Shown here one piece after another: positions 1 to 18,799 of a DNA stretch of 64,000 nucleotides. Made by a program: the position numbers and the translations under genes. Under the pieces are notes generated by a model. The model searched no databases. It saw nothing but the letters and a program-made list of their open reading frames with translations, and was not told the DNA's origin. Within the stretch, counting starts at the first letter, position 1, and each line of letters begins with the position of its first letter. The DNA comes from Ramazzottius varieornatus (Eukaryota > Animalia > Tardigrada), in assembly GCA_001949185.1 (NCBI GenBank), contig BDGG01000001.1, forward strand, positions 186,001 to 250,000, given 5' to 3'.

Positions 1-707
1 TCTCAGCTAATCCTAAACAGAGCGTGCGTCATTTGGCAAAACGATCTGGAGAAATCATTTCCAAGCACCCAGATATTCACTCGGACTCTTCTCACTTTCT
101 TCAGTACGAATTCATTCGCCAATCCGGATTTGGCGTCGAGTATGACTGTATCGCCATGTCGGGTGTCCACAAATTTGGGTATTGGCTCCTTGGTTTGGAT
201 GCTCAGGACCTTCATCTTGGTTTTGGCTACCATGTCCCGACTGAGGGGAAGTCTATAGGTCGGTTTCCAGTCAGGTTTCTTCGGAATCGATTCCCGAAGC
301 TCCACACAAGGATCGAAAGGCTTCGCTGCAAATGTGTAGTTATCAAGACATGGGTGGTTAAGGAACTACCAAAAAATTACCTGGCGGAGGACACGGCTCT
401 ACTCGGGGACGTTTATGCAGAAACTCGGTGGGTCCCGCCAGCGGTGTATGCGCATAACCGAACGTCCTCCGAGGTCTTTTTGCGTCGCGCAGTTCTTTCT
501 TCACAGCGTCGGAAAACTGGCAAACATGTCTGTGAATGTGGAAAAATGATGTCACTGTTTCTAATATCGCTAGATAATCGTCGCAGATGTTCACCTTGGC
601 GGTCGAATAACCTCCGACTGGATCGCCGGGCGTAAGTTGTAGACGGATTCGGTAAAGAATTCTCCGTAATTTTTGACAGGGGGTTTCGGACCATACGATG
701 TGAACAT
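1..707 (-). CDS. ENKUR: Enkurin (ciliary microtubule inner protein), 5' part; the gene runs off the left edge
   Basis: Spliced reading from ATG 707: MFTSYGPKPPVKNYGEFFTESVYNLRP..RPPR|HVCQFSDAVKKELRDAKRPRRTFGYAHTPLAGPTEFLHK...KEPIPKFVDTRHGDTVILDAKSGLANEFVLKK. This matches enkurin motifs ESIYNLIP, KTMGPAKVEVPSPKDFLKK and PIYVDKRTGDKHDLEPSGLVPKY. Confidence 0.85.
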
Positions 708-836
708 TGTTGACGTAACTTTTGGAATGAGACAATCTTCGCCTGTGGAAACTAATTATAAGTTGGCAAAATCGAGTAAGCTGTTTTTCGTACGAAGAGA
801 CGTTTTTAGAATTTTCGACAGTCTTAACTGGATGGA

Positions 837-849
837 GTAACTAAGCAGC
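837..849. promoter_or_regulatory. Candidate RFX X-box upstream of enkurin
   Basis: GTAACTAAGCAGC is close to GTNRCC-N-RGYAAC and lies about 130 bp upstream of the ENKUR ATG. Confidence 0.4.
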
Positions 850-2561
850 ATCCAAGTCCCAGTAAGCAGGGTTCGTCCCAGCTCGTCCAGCTGTCAAATA
901 AGCTTTAGTGTTTATAGAATGACGATTTTATCGTAATTACCTGTAACAGCCTGTAACATAATTACCTGTAAAACAGTCTGGATATTGTCGACAGTACTGA
1001 CTGCGGATCATCGGGATGGTACTGAGAGTCCCTAGCGCCCTCTAAACGCATTGTAGGTAATCTGGGTCAGACTGATGTAAGCCGCCAATTCGACCACAAA
1101 ACCCACACCGTCTATAGAGGGCGATATAGACGCCGAGGCACCTGCACCCCTTGGTCTTCAACAACCGACACTGATGGTCGATAATAGTTGATATGGCTAG
1201 CTAAGTGCTCAGAAACAGAAGCAGAGTTTGGTCTGCTGGGAAAAAAACTCAAGAATCCGTCGTGGTAACCCTCTTGATTAGCATAGGAAATGACTGTGTT
1301 ACTTAGAAAGTGGTTAAGAAGCTAATACATATTATTCAGTTCTTTATGGCTGCACAGTTAACGTTAGTCCCAGAATGGCAGCCAGAGTTATCTGATGAGA
1401 GTTAGTCGAATTTTCTTACATGGCGTACAGCAAAGTGTTTCGGATGCTTGACTGAACTTACCTACCATAAGTGTGATTAGTTCCTAGTCGTAGAAGCTGA
1501 GTTCCGTAGATTCTGCTAGATTATATGTGCCGTTCGATTGATGGTATGCCAGATAATTGTTGGTAATTAGATGATTACTGTACAGCATCATTATATGGGC
1601 TTCGGCGGCCCATTTCCGTAAAGATCTTTTTTGGTCCCGAACCACCATTTTCTGACATCAAGTTGTTGGGAGTATCCAGGGAGATCGCGTGGTGAGGTCG
1701 CCACGCTTCGCCACGAGTAGAAGTCTCACAAGACTGTTCGCCCTTTTGAGAATGCTTTTCCGAAAATTCTGGGGTGGTTATCAGCTGAGATAAGCCCCAC
1801 ATGAGGGTTTTGTTTCAGAACAGGTGGAGGCGGAGTTTTTATTCTGCATGACGTCATGATGTTAGAGCTCTTTCCCTCAAAAGTTGGAACCGTTTCACGT
1901 TCTTGGGACGTAGCCATCTGACGATTGGTCAGACAGTCAAATGAACTCCGGCATCGTGTTCCTCGATGTTTGCTGCACTACAGCGCATCAGTGGTCGGCT
2001 GCTGCGTAATCGGAAGAGTTTTGAGATCACGTTTTCTTGTGATTTACTGTATAATCGTGATTTTAGCTGAGATCCGTTCCTGATTAAACGATATCTTGAG
2101 AACCGCGCGTTCAATAGCCGCTTGTTACTCAAAGATAGAAAAGTGAGAATGAGATCGATAAGATCGCGGATCGACTACACAGGCAAGAAAATAAAAGCTA
2201 GTAAAACCGGAACAAACCCATCCAGTCTGACAGCCGAGCTGCCGGAAAAGCCACCAAAAACCACTGTTCTAAAATAACAGGATGAAAAATTGCCAGGGAA
2301 AGCGCTAAACAGGCCAAAGAAGAACATGGAAGAAATTATCCACCATGTTTCTTCTGTACGTATTTGAACAGTCGTGTTTTATCACAAGGAGAGTCAAGAT
2401 CAAACAACCATCAAGAAGAGCAAGGGAAACGCCAGTTTATTCTAAAATTAAAACTATTCTTTGAGCCGGTTGAAGGAAAGGATCACTGATCAGGAGAGCA
2501 AAGGGTACTGGTCTCATCACAGAGTTCGGACTTGAGCAACAGAAAAGCGCTATCATCGTCT

Positions 2562-3456
2562 TCAACAAACTGGCCAGCCGTTCAAGTCCACGTTCTCCAT
2601 CAGGGAAATCACAAACGTGAAGTTGTACTTGACTTCCTCCTTCCACTCACGGTAGTTCCAGTAACGGTAGTTCCCCTTCGAATAATTTTCCGCCATAAAA
2701 ATACCCGAAATGTTTCCTCAAATATTCTTCTTACACGCTCGAATTCTGTATTGCTAATGCTAGCTTCTCCGATACGCTGAAACCAGATGCGATATACTTT
2801 GTGGAACTTCCAGTTTCGCTTCTTGAGGGTCCTCGCAGCCATGATCTGAGCCAAACTTCCCTGAAACCGCAGACAAAAAGTTCGTAAACTGTTTTGGAGC
2901 TCGACTTCCAGTGTCACAGACTGAAAGCATACGCCACTTGGAAGATGCGATTATGCTGAACTCGTCTGTTTTTCCAAGTGGCGCATGCCCTCGATGTTAC
3001 TGTCTGCAAGCGTGCGCCACTTCAAAAACACTCATGTCGAGTTTGTTTGCCTACTTGAAGATTATTTCGCACAAAATGTGGCCGCCGAAACAGCCGACGA
3101 GAGCTGGACCAGATAAATGAGAAATAAACAAGGTAAAATCACCTCTTGGAAGTAAAAATCGAAGAAGAGGAGCTCTTCGGTCAGTCCACTGTAGAATTTC
3201 GCGATGTCCGGCAAGAGAAAATGAGGCGGCGACTTGGGCCATTCGGCAGGAGTTTCGTACTGCAATCGAGGAAGTTGGCTACTGCAACAACAAGCAACAT
3301 CAATATTCAATCTTCCTGATCTGCCTCAATTTTTACTTACAATTTCAAGCGCTCGGAATCCGCAGGTTTTGGTGGAGTAGCGAAGGCAGACTCCAGACAT
3401 TTTGCCATTTGCATCAGCTCCTTTTCCTCATAGTATTTGCTTTCCCTGGAGAACAT
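2562..3456 (-). CDS. Short CNOT3/NOT3-like protein with only the C-terminal NOT-box region (about 150 aa, 4 exons)
   Basis: MFSRESKYYEEKELMQMAKCLESAFATPPKPADSERLK|FQLPRLQYETPAEWPKSPP..FYSGLTEELLFFDFYFQE|GSLAQIMAARTLKKRNWKFHKVYRIWFQR..TEFER|GNYRYWNYREWKEEVKYNFTFVISLME..* aligns to the CNOT3 C-terminus ([57 protein letters not shown]). Confidence 0.85.
2931..3040. repeat. AAGTGGCGCAC hairpin-unit repeat cluster (intron of the CNOT3-like gene)
   Basis: acgccacttg ... ccaagtggcgcatg-N-gcgtgcgccacttc. Confidence 0.75.
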
Positions 3457-4081
3457 CCTTTGGAGGCTAACAGAAAGGACACAGACAGGACGAACGCAGT
3501 CACAAACACTAAGGCTACATCCACAATCCTGAGGAAAGGAAGGTGTAGAAAGGAAAAAGAAGAGGAGAGGAAAAGAGCCGAGCAGATACGACGTTAACAG
3601 AATCTTGTTTTCTGTTGACGATTTTATTTTCAGCAAGAAAACCTTCTCCGACCCGGGAGTCTGAAGTTAAATGAAGCCTATTGCGCGCAATCACTTGCTA
3701 ACCCGCTAAATTTCCTGAGTGAATTTGCAATGACGCAAAACATTGGCGGACGACACCATGTACACCCGTCTCCCAATGCCCGTTAGTTTTCAAGGGGAGG
3801 TTTGGGAGGTCAGACCATGGGCATACTGATGACGTCACTAGCTCCTGCAAAGGCTACGGCGCTTCGTGATGCAATGGGTTGGAATTCCGGACCCTCGAGC
3901 AATATGTTATGTTGCGCCATCAGCTGTTTGAACTGTGACGTCACACTCAACAGGAAACCTGCTGCGAAAAGGCAGTTCTTACAGCTTTGCCGGTGTGATC
4001 ATTCATCTCTCTTGCATAACCTCTTCACAAGTCCCGTATCCTCCGTGTTTTCTAGGTGAGAGGACAGGTGTGACGCTCAGG

Positions 4082-5132
4082 ATGAAGCAGGGTAAGGCCA
4101 GGAAGACTGTGACGCGTCCCGGAGCGACTGACAAGCCGAAAGATGCCCCGAGCCCGACCAAGGAAGCTTCGGACGACGATATGCCCACGCTGGAGAAAGG
4201 CGACGCTGTCCAGCAGAAGGACCACTCCGACGACGACGATGTGCCTGAACTGGAAGATAACTTCACGGCGCCGAATGCGGCTAGCAAGCCAAGTAACGAT
4301 GCATCCCCAGACAAGGCTGGCGAGAGTGGACATGGCAAGCAGAGCAAAAACGAAAAGAAGGCTCGCGCTCTGCTGCTCAAGGTATCTGTCCAAGCTCTCG
4401 TGTCCCTTCGGGACTTGGTCCAACTTCGGTTTTTCTGTTTCAGCTTGGACTGAAACCCGTTCCAGGCATCACAAGAGCTGCCATCAAGAAAACAAACTTG
4501 ACTTTCGTGATCAACAACCCAGATGTGAGTTTAACGCTGTTGATCCCATTGATCGTTGATTGGATGATATGTCGGTGCTGCAGTTGATTGTTACAATAAG
4601 GTTTGATAGATCAGATTTTCAATTGGGGTTTGTTTTGAACTTCCGGTTCTGTTTAGCTTCTGTTTATGGATGGGCTGACGGAATTTAACACTCTGTTTTG
4701 TCTTCTAGGTGTACAAGCACCCTTACTCCGACCACTACATTGTCTTTGGAGAGGCCAAAGTGGAAGAAACGGACCACAACGAAGCCTTGTCGCACTTGAA
4801 GGCGATGGAGCGCATCCGACAGTTGAACTTGTCCGATCCCGAAGCTAGCGAATCCGGAGGAATATCCGGTGGTGGCGACCTGGGTCTAGCCAAGAGCAAG
4901 ATTGAGGAAGAACCTGAGGAGGAAGAAGGCGAGGTGGATGAAACTGGAGTGGATTCCGCCGATGTCAACCTGGTCATGGCACAATCCGGTGCAACCCGTC
5001 GTCAAGCTGTTAACGCGCTGAAAAAGCACAGTGGTGACGTCGTCAACGGTGAGAATTGCCCTTTACGCTTTCCTGAAACTAGACTCCATTATCGTTTCTT
5101 TGTTTACAGCTATCATGGAGATGACTTCTTGA
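4082..5132 (+). CDS. NACA: Nascent polypeptide-associated complex subunit alpha (divergent; 4 exons)
   Basis: DDDVPELED; KQSKNEKKARALLLK|LGLKPVPGITRAAIKK..FVINNPD|VYKHPYSDHYIVFGEAKVEE (NAC domain); EVDETGVDSADVNLVMAQSGATRRQAVNALKKHSGDVVN|AIMEMTS* (UBA). Confidence 0.93.
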
Positions 5133-5587
5133 TGCTGCCTGCCACACAGAAATTCACGACATGTTGAATGAGAAACATCAAAATAACGTTTCCTGTTTCG
5201 AACTTGACTGTTCCAAAATATTTTAGTCTTTTCGCCTCTTCTATGAGCTTCTAATTTGCTAATGTGGCTTATTCCGATTTATTCGTGTTCAAAAGGTATG
5301 AAGATCTGTCGGATTCTGTCCGATCGGGAAACCGTAACGCTGTTTTGGAATTGGTAGCAAATATACACGTGCGTAAAAGATTGACAAAGAGTCTCGGCTG
5401 CGCTCAAACTATCTGGTCGAAACGTGGCAGGTCTAGGCTTTTTTTTAACTTATCAAGTTTGAGCTTACCTTTCTCCGCTGGACGCACCGATTTAGACAAC
5501 TACTTTCGATGATATGGTTGAAGTTGGGTTCCTGAGAGGCTGAGACACTGGCCAGCGAAGGTTTAAAAGGCTACTGCATTATCGCTC

Positions 5588-5660
5588 TTCCAAGTGACGC
5601 ATGCCTGCAGCCAGTCACACCGGACACGTGCGCCACTTTTACAAAGCATGCTCTTCGAAT
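5588..5660. repeat. AAGTGGCGCAC hairpin unit (intergenic)
   Basis: ttccaagtgacgcatg-N-cacgtgcgccactttt. Confidence 0.65.
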
Positions 5661-5885
5661 GTATTTACCGACCAGTCAACTGTCCGAATTCGCACCTCGG
5701 CCAATACGGGCTAGTGGTACTGCCCCGTGATTCCGGCCGGAAGTCCGCCCCTTCGCACAATCTCGATCCTGTTCCTTTGATCCTTTTCTCGTTCAAATTC
5801 TGGCATCCAGCACCCAACCAAAACAATGGAAGAAGGATGGTAAGTGGATACCGTAAAGAAGACACCCGATGACTGCAAGGCTGCC

Positions 5886-7569
5886 ATGCAGTCGTCCAAG
5901 ATATTCTTCGACGATCGGGAAGACGAAGTGCGCCGCTTCTCAGTGGAACGCGATGGAGGCCAGATGTACCGAGTTCCCTGTGAGAAGATCGAAACGGTTA
6001 TTGGCGGAAAGCACCGCATCTCCTCGAAAGGTACTTCGATGGACTAAAGTCCATCGAAGTAAATGAGAACGAGACCGAGTATGATTGGTCTTCGTTTGCA
6101 GATCATGACGACGACAACAATCTTTGTGCCTCCGAAGAAGAGCTCGTTGAATGCCTCAATGAAACCGCCTCAATGAAACAGAACGGCTCGAAAGCCTACT
6201 GTGAACCCCGTCATCAGCTTGTTTGTTAAAATTACAGGAAAAGAGCATCCTCGCGGAGAACACAAGTTCGAAAGTAAGTTAGAGTGATTTTGCGGCCATT
6301 TTACATGGAGTTTTCAGTTGATCGTTGATTCGTGATAGAGTACATTTGCGACCGATGTGAGAAGGAGGGCATCGTCGGTACATGTTACAAGGTACGTACT
6401 GTAGGACTTGGGTAGAATTCCTGTTCAGCTGTCGTCTTGCTGCAACCCCTTGAGTACCGTGTTTTTCGCTCTATTGTATGATTTGCGAGGATGTCGACCT
6501 GTGCCCATCATGCGAGGCTCAGGGCAAACACTGTCAGCATACCATGTTGGCTGTTCGAGAAGATCGAGACTGGCGTCTGAGTTGATGCTGATCTGGTCTC
6601 CGTTTTCCTGGAACTGTAATGATTACATTTTCGGAATGCTTCTGTGGCTATGTGTATGCTTTTTTGTGCAGGAAATTGCGGCTAAAATCAAGCCGAAACT
6701 CACACATTGGGAAACGCTCGAACGAACTTCGACACCAGCTCGGAAAACCTTCGCTAGCGCTGCAAAGAAAACTGCCGCTTCTTCCGTTCGCGAGCCGAAC
6801 ACTGATGAAAGCTTTAGCGGGTATCGTCTGCCGAAGCGATCCTATAAAGAAACTACTCACTCGGTAAGATGTAAATAATTAGGAAGAAACTGGAGGATAA
6901 TTTTTGAAACCTAGACAAATAAGCTCGACAAGAGGGTGGCGCAACTTACTTTCGAAGTGGCGCACGCTCTCGCGTATCATACCGGAAACGTGCGTCACCT
7001 GGGAAAACAGCCTCGACAAGATGGTTCTTTCTTGTGGCGCACGCCTTCGGTGAGTATCAGTGAAAATGTCCGCCACAGCGCCACTTGAGGAAGTCAAACA
7101 AGCTCGACACTGTTTTATCTGCCGAGCTGCCACTCTGGGGTATTGTTCATCAGCTACGATGTTCGTTACCCGCATGCATAAACTGCTTTTCATTTGGTAG
7201 GAAGATGACGTCTCGTCGACAGATTGCGAGGAAGCGCCAGCGTCGGCTGAGTCTTTCGTCCGAGTCCGAAGATAGTGGCACCATCGCTAGTAGAAAGTCG
7301 TCTCTACGCTGTTACAGTAAAGTGGCTAGAGCCAGCATCAGTATAAGCTGCAGTCCGAGGAGACCGACGTTCAGTTAGTGATGGAAGCAACTGGCACTAC
7401 GCGTCGCCAAGCGGAAGTAGAACTGAACAAGTACAGTGGCGACACCGTCAAAGGTATGATCGTTCCGTCTTTTAAGCTTGTAAGCGTTCTGCCTTTTCGC
7501 CGTTTGCTTACAGCTATCAAACACTTGACCTCGTGGCGAAGTGCCATGAACAGAAGCCTCAACGACTGA
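5886..7569 (+). pseudogene. p62/SQSTM1/Ref(2)P-like PB1-ZZ gene ending in a NAC-alpha-type UBA; may be a pseudogene
   Basis: MQSSKIFFDDREDEVRRFSV...K|DHDDDNNLCASEEELVECL (PB1); YICDRCEKEGIVGTCYK|CMICEDVDLCPSCEAQGKHCQHTMLAVR (ZZ finger); EETDVQLVMEATGTTRRQAEVELNKYSGDTVK|AIKHLTS (NACA-like UBA). The acceptor needed before CMIC reads AT (6473-6474) instead of AG. Confidence 0.7.
6924..7135. repeat. AAGTGGCGCAC hairpin-unit repeat cluster (intron)
   Basis: ctcgacaaga..aagtggcgcacg..cgtgcgtcacctg..ctcgacaagatgg..gtggcgcacg..gcgccacttg. Confidence 0.8.
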
Positions 7570-8537
7570 AGGTGGGAAAGGATGGGACGCAGAAGAAGAA
7601 TTATCCCTTTAGTGCAGTATTATTTAGTTTCCCAGTTTCGGTTAGACGGTAGTTCCTCTTAATGACTTATGATCTGATTTTTGCTCCAAAGCTGGCGAGT
7701 GCCTTTAACATGCTTGTTTCCTTTTAGCTACGACGAAATGAACAGTTCCTGGTTAACTTCTGGGAAAGCCCGTCCTGGACGGTGATACGATAATTGCCGT
7801 AAAATACAGAACTGGAAGTTCTTCCTACTGCGTATTATTGTTCTGCACCAGCTGGGGTAAGTTTGGCAGACGCCGTTCTTTGCTGTGACAGACTGTGCCG
7901 TTGTTTTAGCAACATTGCAAAGTGGTGGTACTTTTTGGGAAACTGCTAGCTATGTAATTATTAGTTACAGCCGTGGTCTCGGTTTTTCATCACGGTATAG
8001 TTTGGCCTGAAGGTTGGCCCTGAGCGGAACTACTCTTTGTACACGGCAGTTTAACTCCACTGGCTAACTTACACAGACTCTGCTCCAGTTGCTTCAGTTG
8101 TTTTTGATGACATGAAACGCTCTGAACGAGCTGTAGTGAAAGGCTGGAATTTTGCCTGAAGCAAAGTTCCGAACCTGAAGCTCACCGTAAAACAATCAAA
8201 CCAAGAACAGCTTCATAATTATACGGTAATACGAGCAACTTAGGCGGCACAGCGCACACGACATGATATAGCGGATGCCGAACTCTGGTCGCTGTAAACA
8301 GTTTTCACTCGTTCATCCCAGTTGCTGTTGATCTGGGAAATTTCTTCCCGTCAACCATCCATACGTCGGGGACCGAAGCATGCGAGGCGTTGCATAGCGG
8401 ATGACTTGATATCTCCGATTTTGATGATGACAACCGTCACGCTCATCTGATCCACACTAAGTTTGTTTAGAAGTTGGGTATACGTATGCGGTTTAAAGTT
8501 TTCGATTTCTGCTTGCGCGCTGCAACCAAAGGCAACG

Positions 8538-15789
<7,252 letters not shown>

Positions 15790-16294
15790 CTTTTACCTTT
15801 AGTCAAGGTCTTCTCAGTGGAACTTCGAAGTCTTGAAATGGAATATTTATACGCTGGGTGCATTGTGCTTTTCTTCCCCCCGATGCATCTAGCGGTCTTT
15901 ACAGCCGTCACATCTACTGATAAACAGCGAGGATATTGCGCAGATGAAGCGCCGGCTGAACTACTGTAGTAAACGCTTCGACCCTAGCCAGCAGCACCTT
16001 TATCGTCTCATTCAAACTTACAGCTCCGGCGTAAGCGAAAAAGCCTGGTCTTTAATTTTCGTCGTGCGTATGCAAGAATCTGTATCCGAACAGCTAAGCT
16101 GCATTCAGACAACCGGAGATTTTTCAGTCTGACTTTCTGTCGAGGCGTGGTCAGGCACCTAGTCCTTTCCCCAACATTAAGCACGATTCAGGACAACAGG
16201 AGACAAAGGAAAATAGATACAACCAATGTAGCGTTACCGAAATTGTCCCAGTCTATGGTGAGCAAACGGTAGTCCATGGTTTGTTCCCATTTAA

Positions 16295-17199
16295 TCAAGC
16301 AATGTACTCATATCCAATATCGTCAACGCAGTACTGTCCTCCATACGGTCTCGCACAGTCGCAGGTATATCCATTGACTTGATCTTCGCAAATTCCGCCA
16401 TTTTGACATGCATGGTTGACACAGTCGTCTACATTGGCTTCGCAGTGACTTCCCGAATATCCTGAAGCACACTGGCAGAAGTGGGGGACATTGACGCTGG
16501 AACCGGGGTGGCAGCGACCACCTTTCCGGCAGGGATTCTCCGCGCACGGAAAATGAAGTTCGGTGCACTGTGGACCTCTGAACCCGTTTTGGCAGAGGCA
16601 GCGATAAGAGGCGATGGTATTAATGCAGGTAGCCCCATTAGCACATGGTTCTTCGACTGCACACTCGTCAATGTCGATGTTGCACCATAAGCCGCGATAT
16701 CCTCTCCGGCAGTCGCAAGCATAACCGTGCTGCAAGTTACGGCATACAGAGTTGTCATGCCCCTGGCATCCAAAAGGACTGGCAGCACAATAGTCGACCC
16801 AGTACAGTTAGGACCACGTTCGCAAAAACACTCCAATGTGGGCTCGGCTGAATTCGGACCGATGGTGTCGTTCGCACGGGGGATAACAGCTTGACACTTT
16901 CCTTTGTTAGAGCAGAGGCGACGTGCTATCGAAGGATCTGCTGTACAAGGATCGTCAAGTTGACACCGACTACCCACGAAACCATGGCGGCAATTACAGT
17001 TCAGTGCGTTGTTTGTTGCAAAACAATAGCCGCCATTCAGACAAGGAGTTTTCAGACAGGGATTAGGTGGAAGAGTCGGTAACGGTAGTTCCGGCCAGGA
17101 CCCAGATCCAAAGGACGAGCGATCAAAAATGGAAGATCAGACATAGTTTGCCAGAAGCGCCAGAGCAAACATAATCCACTCCATGTTTCTTCCTACCAT
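16295..17199 (-). pseudogene. Secreted EGF-repeat (Notch/Delta/fibropellin-like EGF) protein pseudogene
   Basis: Signal peptide MVGRNMEWIMFALALLANYV is followed by an in-frame TGA (17137-17139). About 6 EGF repeats follow (CLNGGYC..CNCRHGFVGSRC; DIDECAVEEPCANGATCINTIASYRCLC; NVDDCVNHACQNGGIC). There is a frameshift near 16800 between CFCERGPNCT and VDYCAASP. Confidence 0.8.
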
Positions 17200-18799
17200 C
17201 TGAAATCCAGCGTTCCCTTGCCTACATACCATGAGGTAGCTAGGAACAAGGTGCGAAAACAAGGGTTTTTGAATGCGCTTCGTTGGAAGTAAGGACTCAA
17301 CCGGTGTCAGAACTCCGGTCCATACCGTGTCAGGAGTGTGATCTTGCGCTGAAAAAGTAGAGATGACTGCTCGAATAGTAACTTGAGTTTGACACCGAAA
17401 CCCGCAGTTCATCAAACTACGAGCGCCTTGTTACCACATTCGGTTCTGCTTTCCTGTAGATCACTCACGTATTTAAGGTGTCTCTTCTGGATCGAAAAGC
17501 TTGTAAATGCCCATTTTAGAAATTATCCTGTATTACGAAGCAAACCTTTCTTTATCGATCTATGCTGCCACACGGTAAGCACATATTACCCAAAAAATCA
17601 AACCAAAATCTTTCTGAGACTGCATCGACAAGGAAGTCGAGTGGATCTCGATTTCAGTGAATTATGCCTATCATAGTAGAGAGCGCAATGCATGCCCTGG
17701 TCACCTACAACCGATGGCCATAATAGCATGGTCAATATAGCCAGCGAGCTGGCCATATTGACCATGCAGTCAACACCTATTCAGCCACTGATGTCTTGCG
17801 TCGGACCTCAAAACTTTTCAGAATGTAAGCTAGGAAGTAACAAGGAGCACAGAGCAGAAGGACATAACGAAGTTATGTATACTGCATTGTGCAAGGAACT
17901 ACCGTACACTATGAAGCCGAAAGCGGGCATCGAAGCAAGAGCCAGGGCGACTTGTGAATAGATTTTACGTGGAAATCGAATGATGTTTGTAGATTGACCT
18001 GCTTGCACGATCTGCCGTCAATAAAAAACCCTTTCATAATACTTGAGGTAATCAATTGATCGGCAGGAACAGGACAGCAGAAAGGCTTATCAGGTGTAGG
18101 CTGACCTGTGCGTATAGAATGACCAGGTCCAGTCGGTCAGTCAGCACTGAAAGAACGAAATCAGAGAAGAGGCAAAAGTAGCCGTCTCTTCTTGCTTCCA
18201 TTTCCAAAATTGGGTTGGGCAAAATCGAAAATTCCCACCCAGCATTTTTTGCTGGGTCGTCGAAAAGCTTAATAGCTTATTCTATCGACAAATGTCTTCT
18301 GCACAATGTCGCCGATGTGACAGGCAGCGAACTTCATGGACAAGAACACAAAACTGCCCTTCAAGTGCCCGAAACGATGTGTTCTGTTGGAAACGAATAT
18401 TTTAAGACTCCCTTCCCTGTGTGAGGTTTCCGTTCAACCTGGAGGCGAAATTAATAGCCATCAGCAGCGCTATGGGATGCAGCTTTAGATATGACGAAAT
18501 GACCAGCGGTTAAAAAGATTCGATTTTAATTCAAATTTTCGGACTTAAATTTTAAAACTCACTTTCCTATTGATGCAAACTTTTTAAACTTCTCCAGGTA
18601 TTTAGGGAAATCGTTCCTGAATGCTAGTGCGTTTTCGCCGTGGTCATTATTCAATTTAAGAGCTAGTACGAGGCATAAACCTGGAGGCTACATGGGGAAG
18701 CCTTAGTGTCACCTTAATTACCTGGGAAATTTTCCCGTACGCACTGTGCCGGATGCAGCGCAGTTTTACAGTGCATAAACCAACGTACACTATTTGAAT

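Noticed and set aside
24-635. 203-aa + strand ORF and many similar antisense or alternative-frame ORFs (e.g. 4003-4423, 25436-25897, 26482-27300, 31811-32197)
   Set aside because: These are shadows of real genes on the opposite strand or in another frame and carry no independent motifs.
1575-2132. Short - strand ORFs between ENKUR and the CNOT3-like gene
   Set aside because: There is no recognisable domain or consistent splice structure. It could be a decayed gene or TE, but I cannot support a call.
17137-17139. In-frame TGA as a possible selenocysteine or readthrough codon
   Set aside because: It lies at the end of a signal peptide, the same gene also has a frameshift, and no SECIS is evident. 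Pseudogenisation is the simpler explanation.
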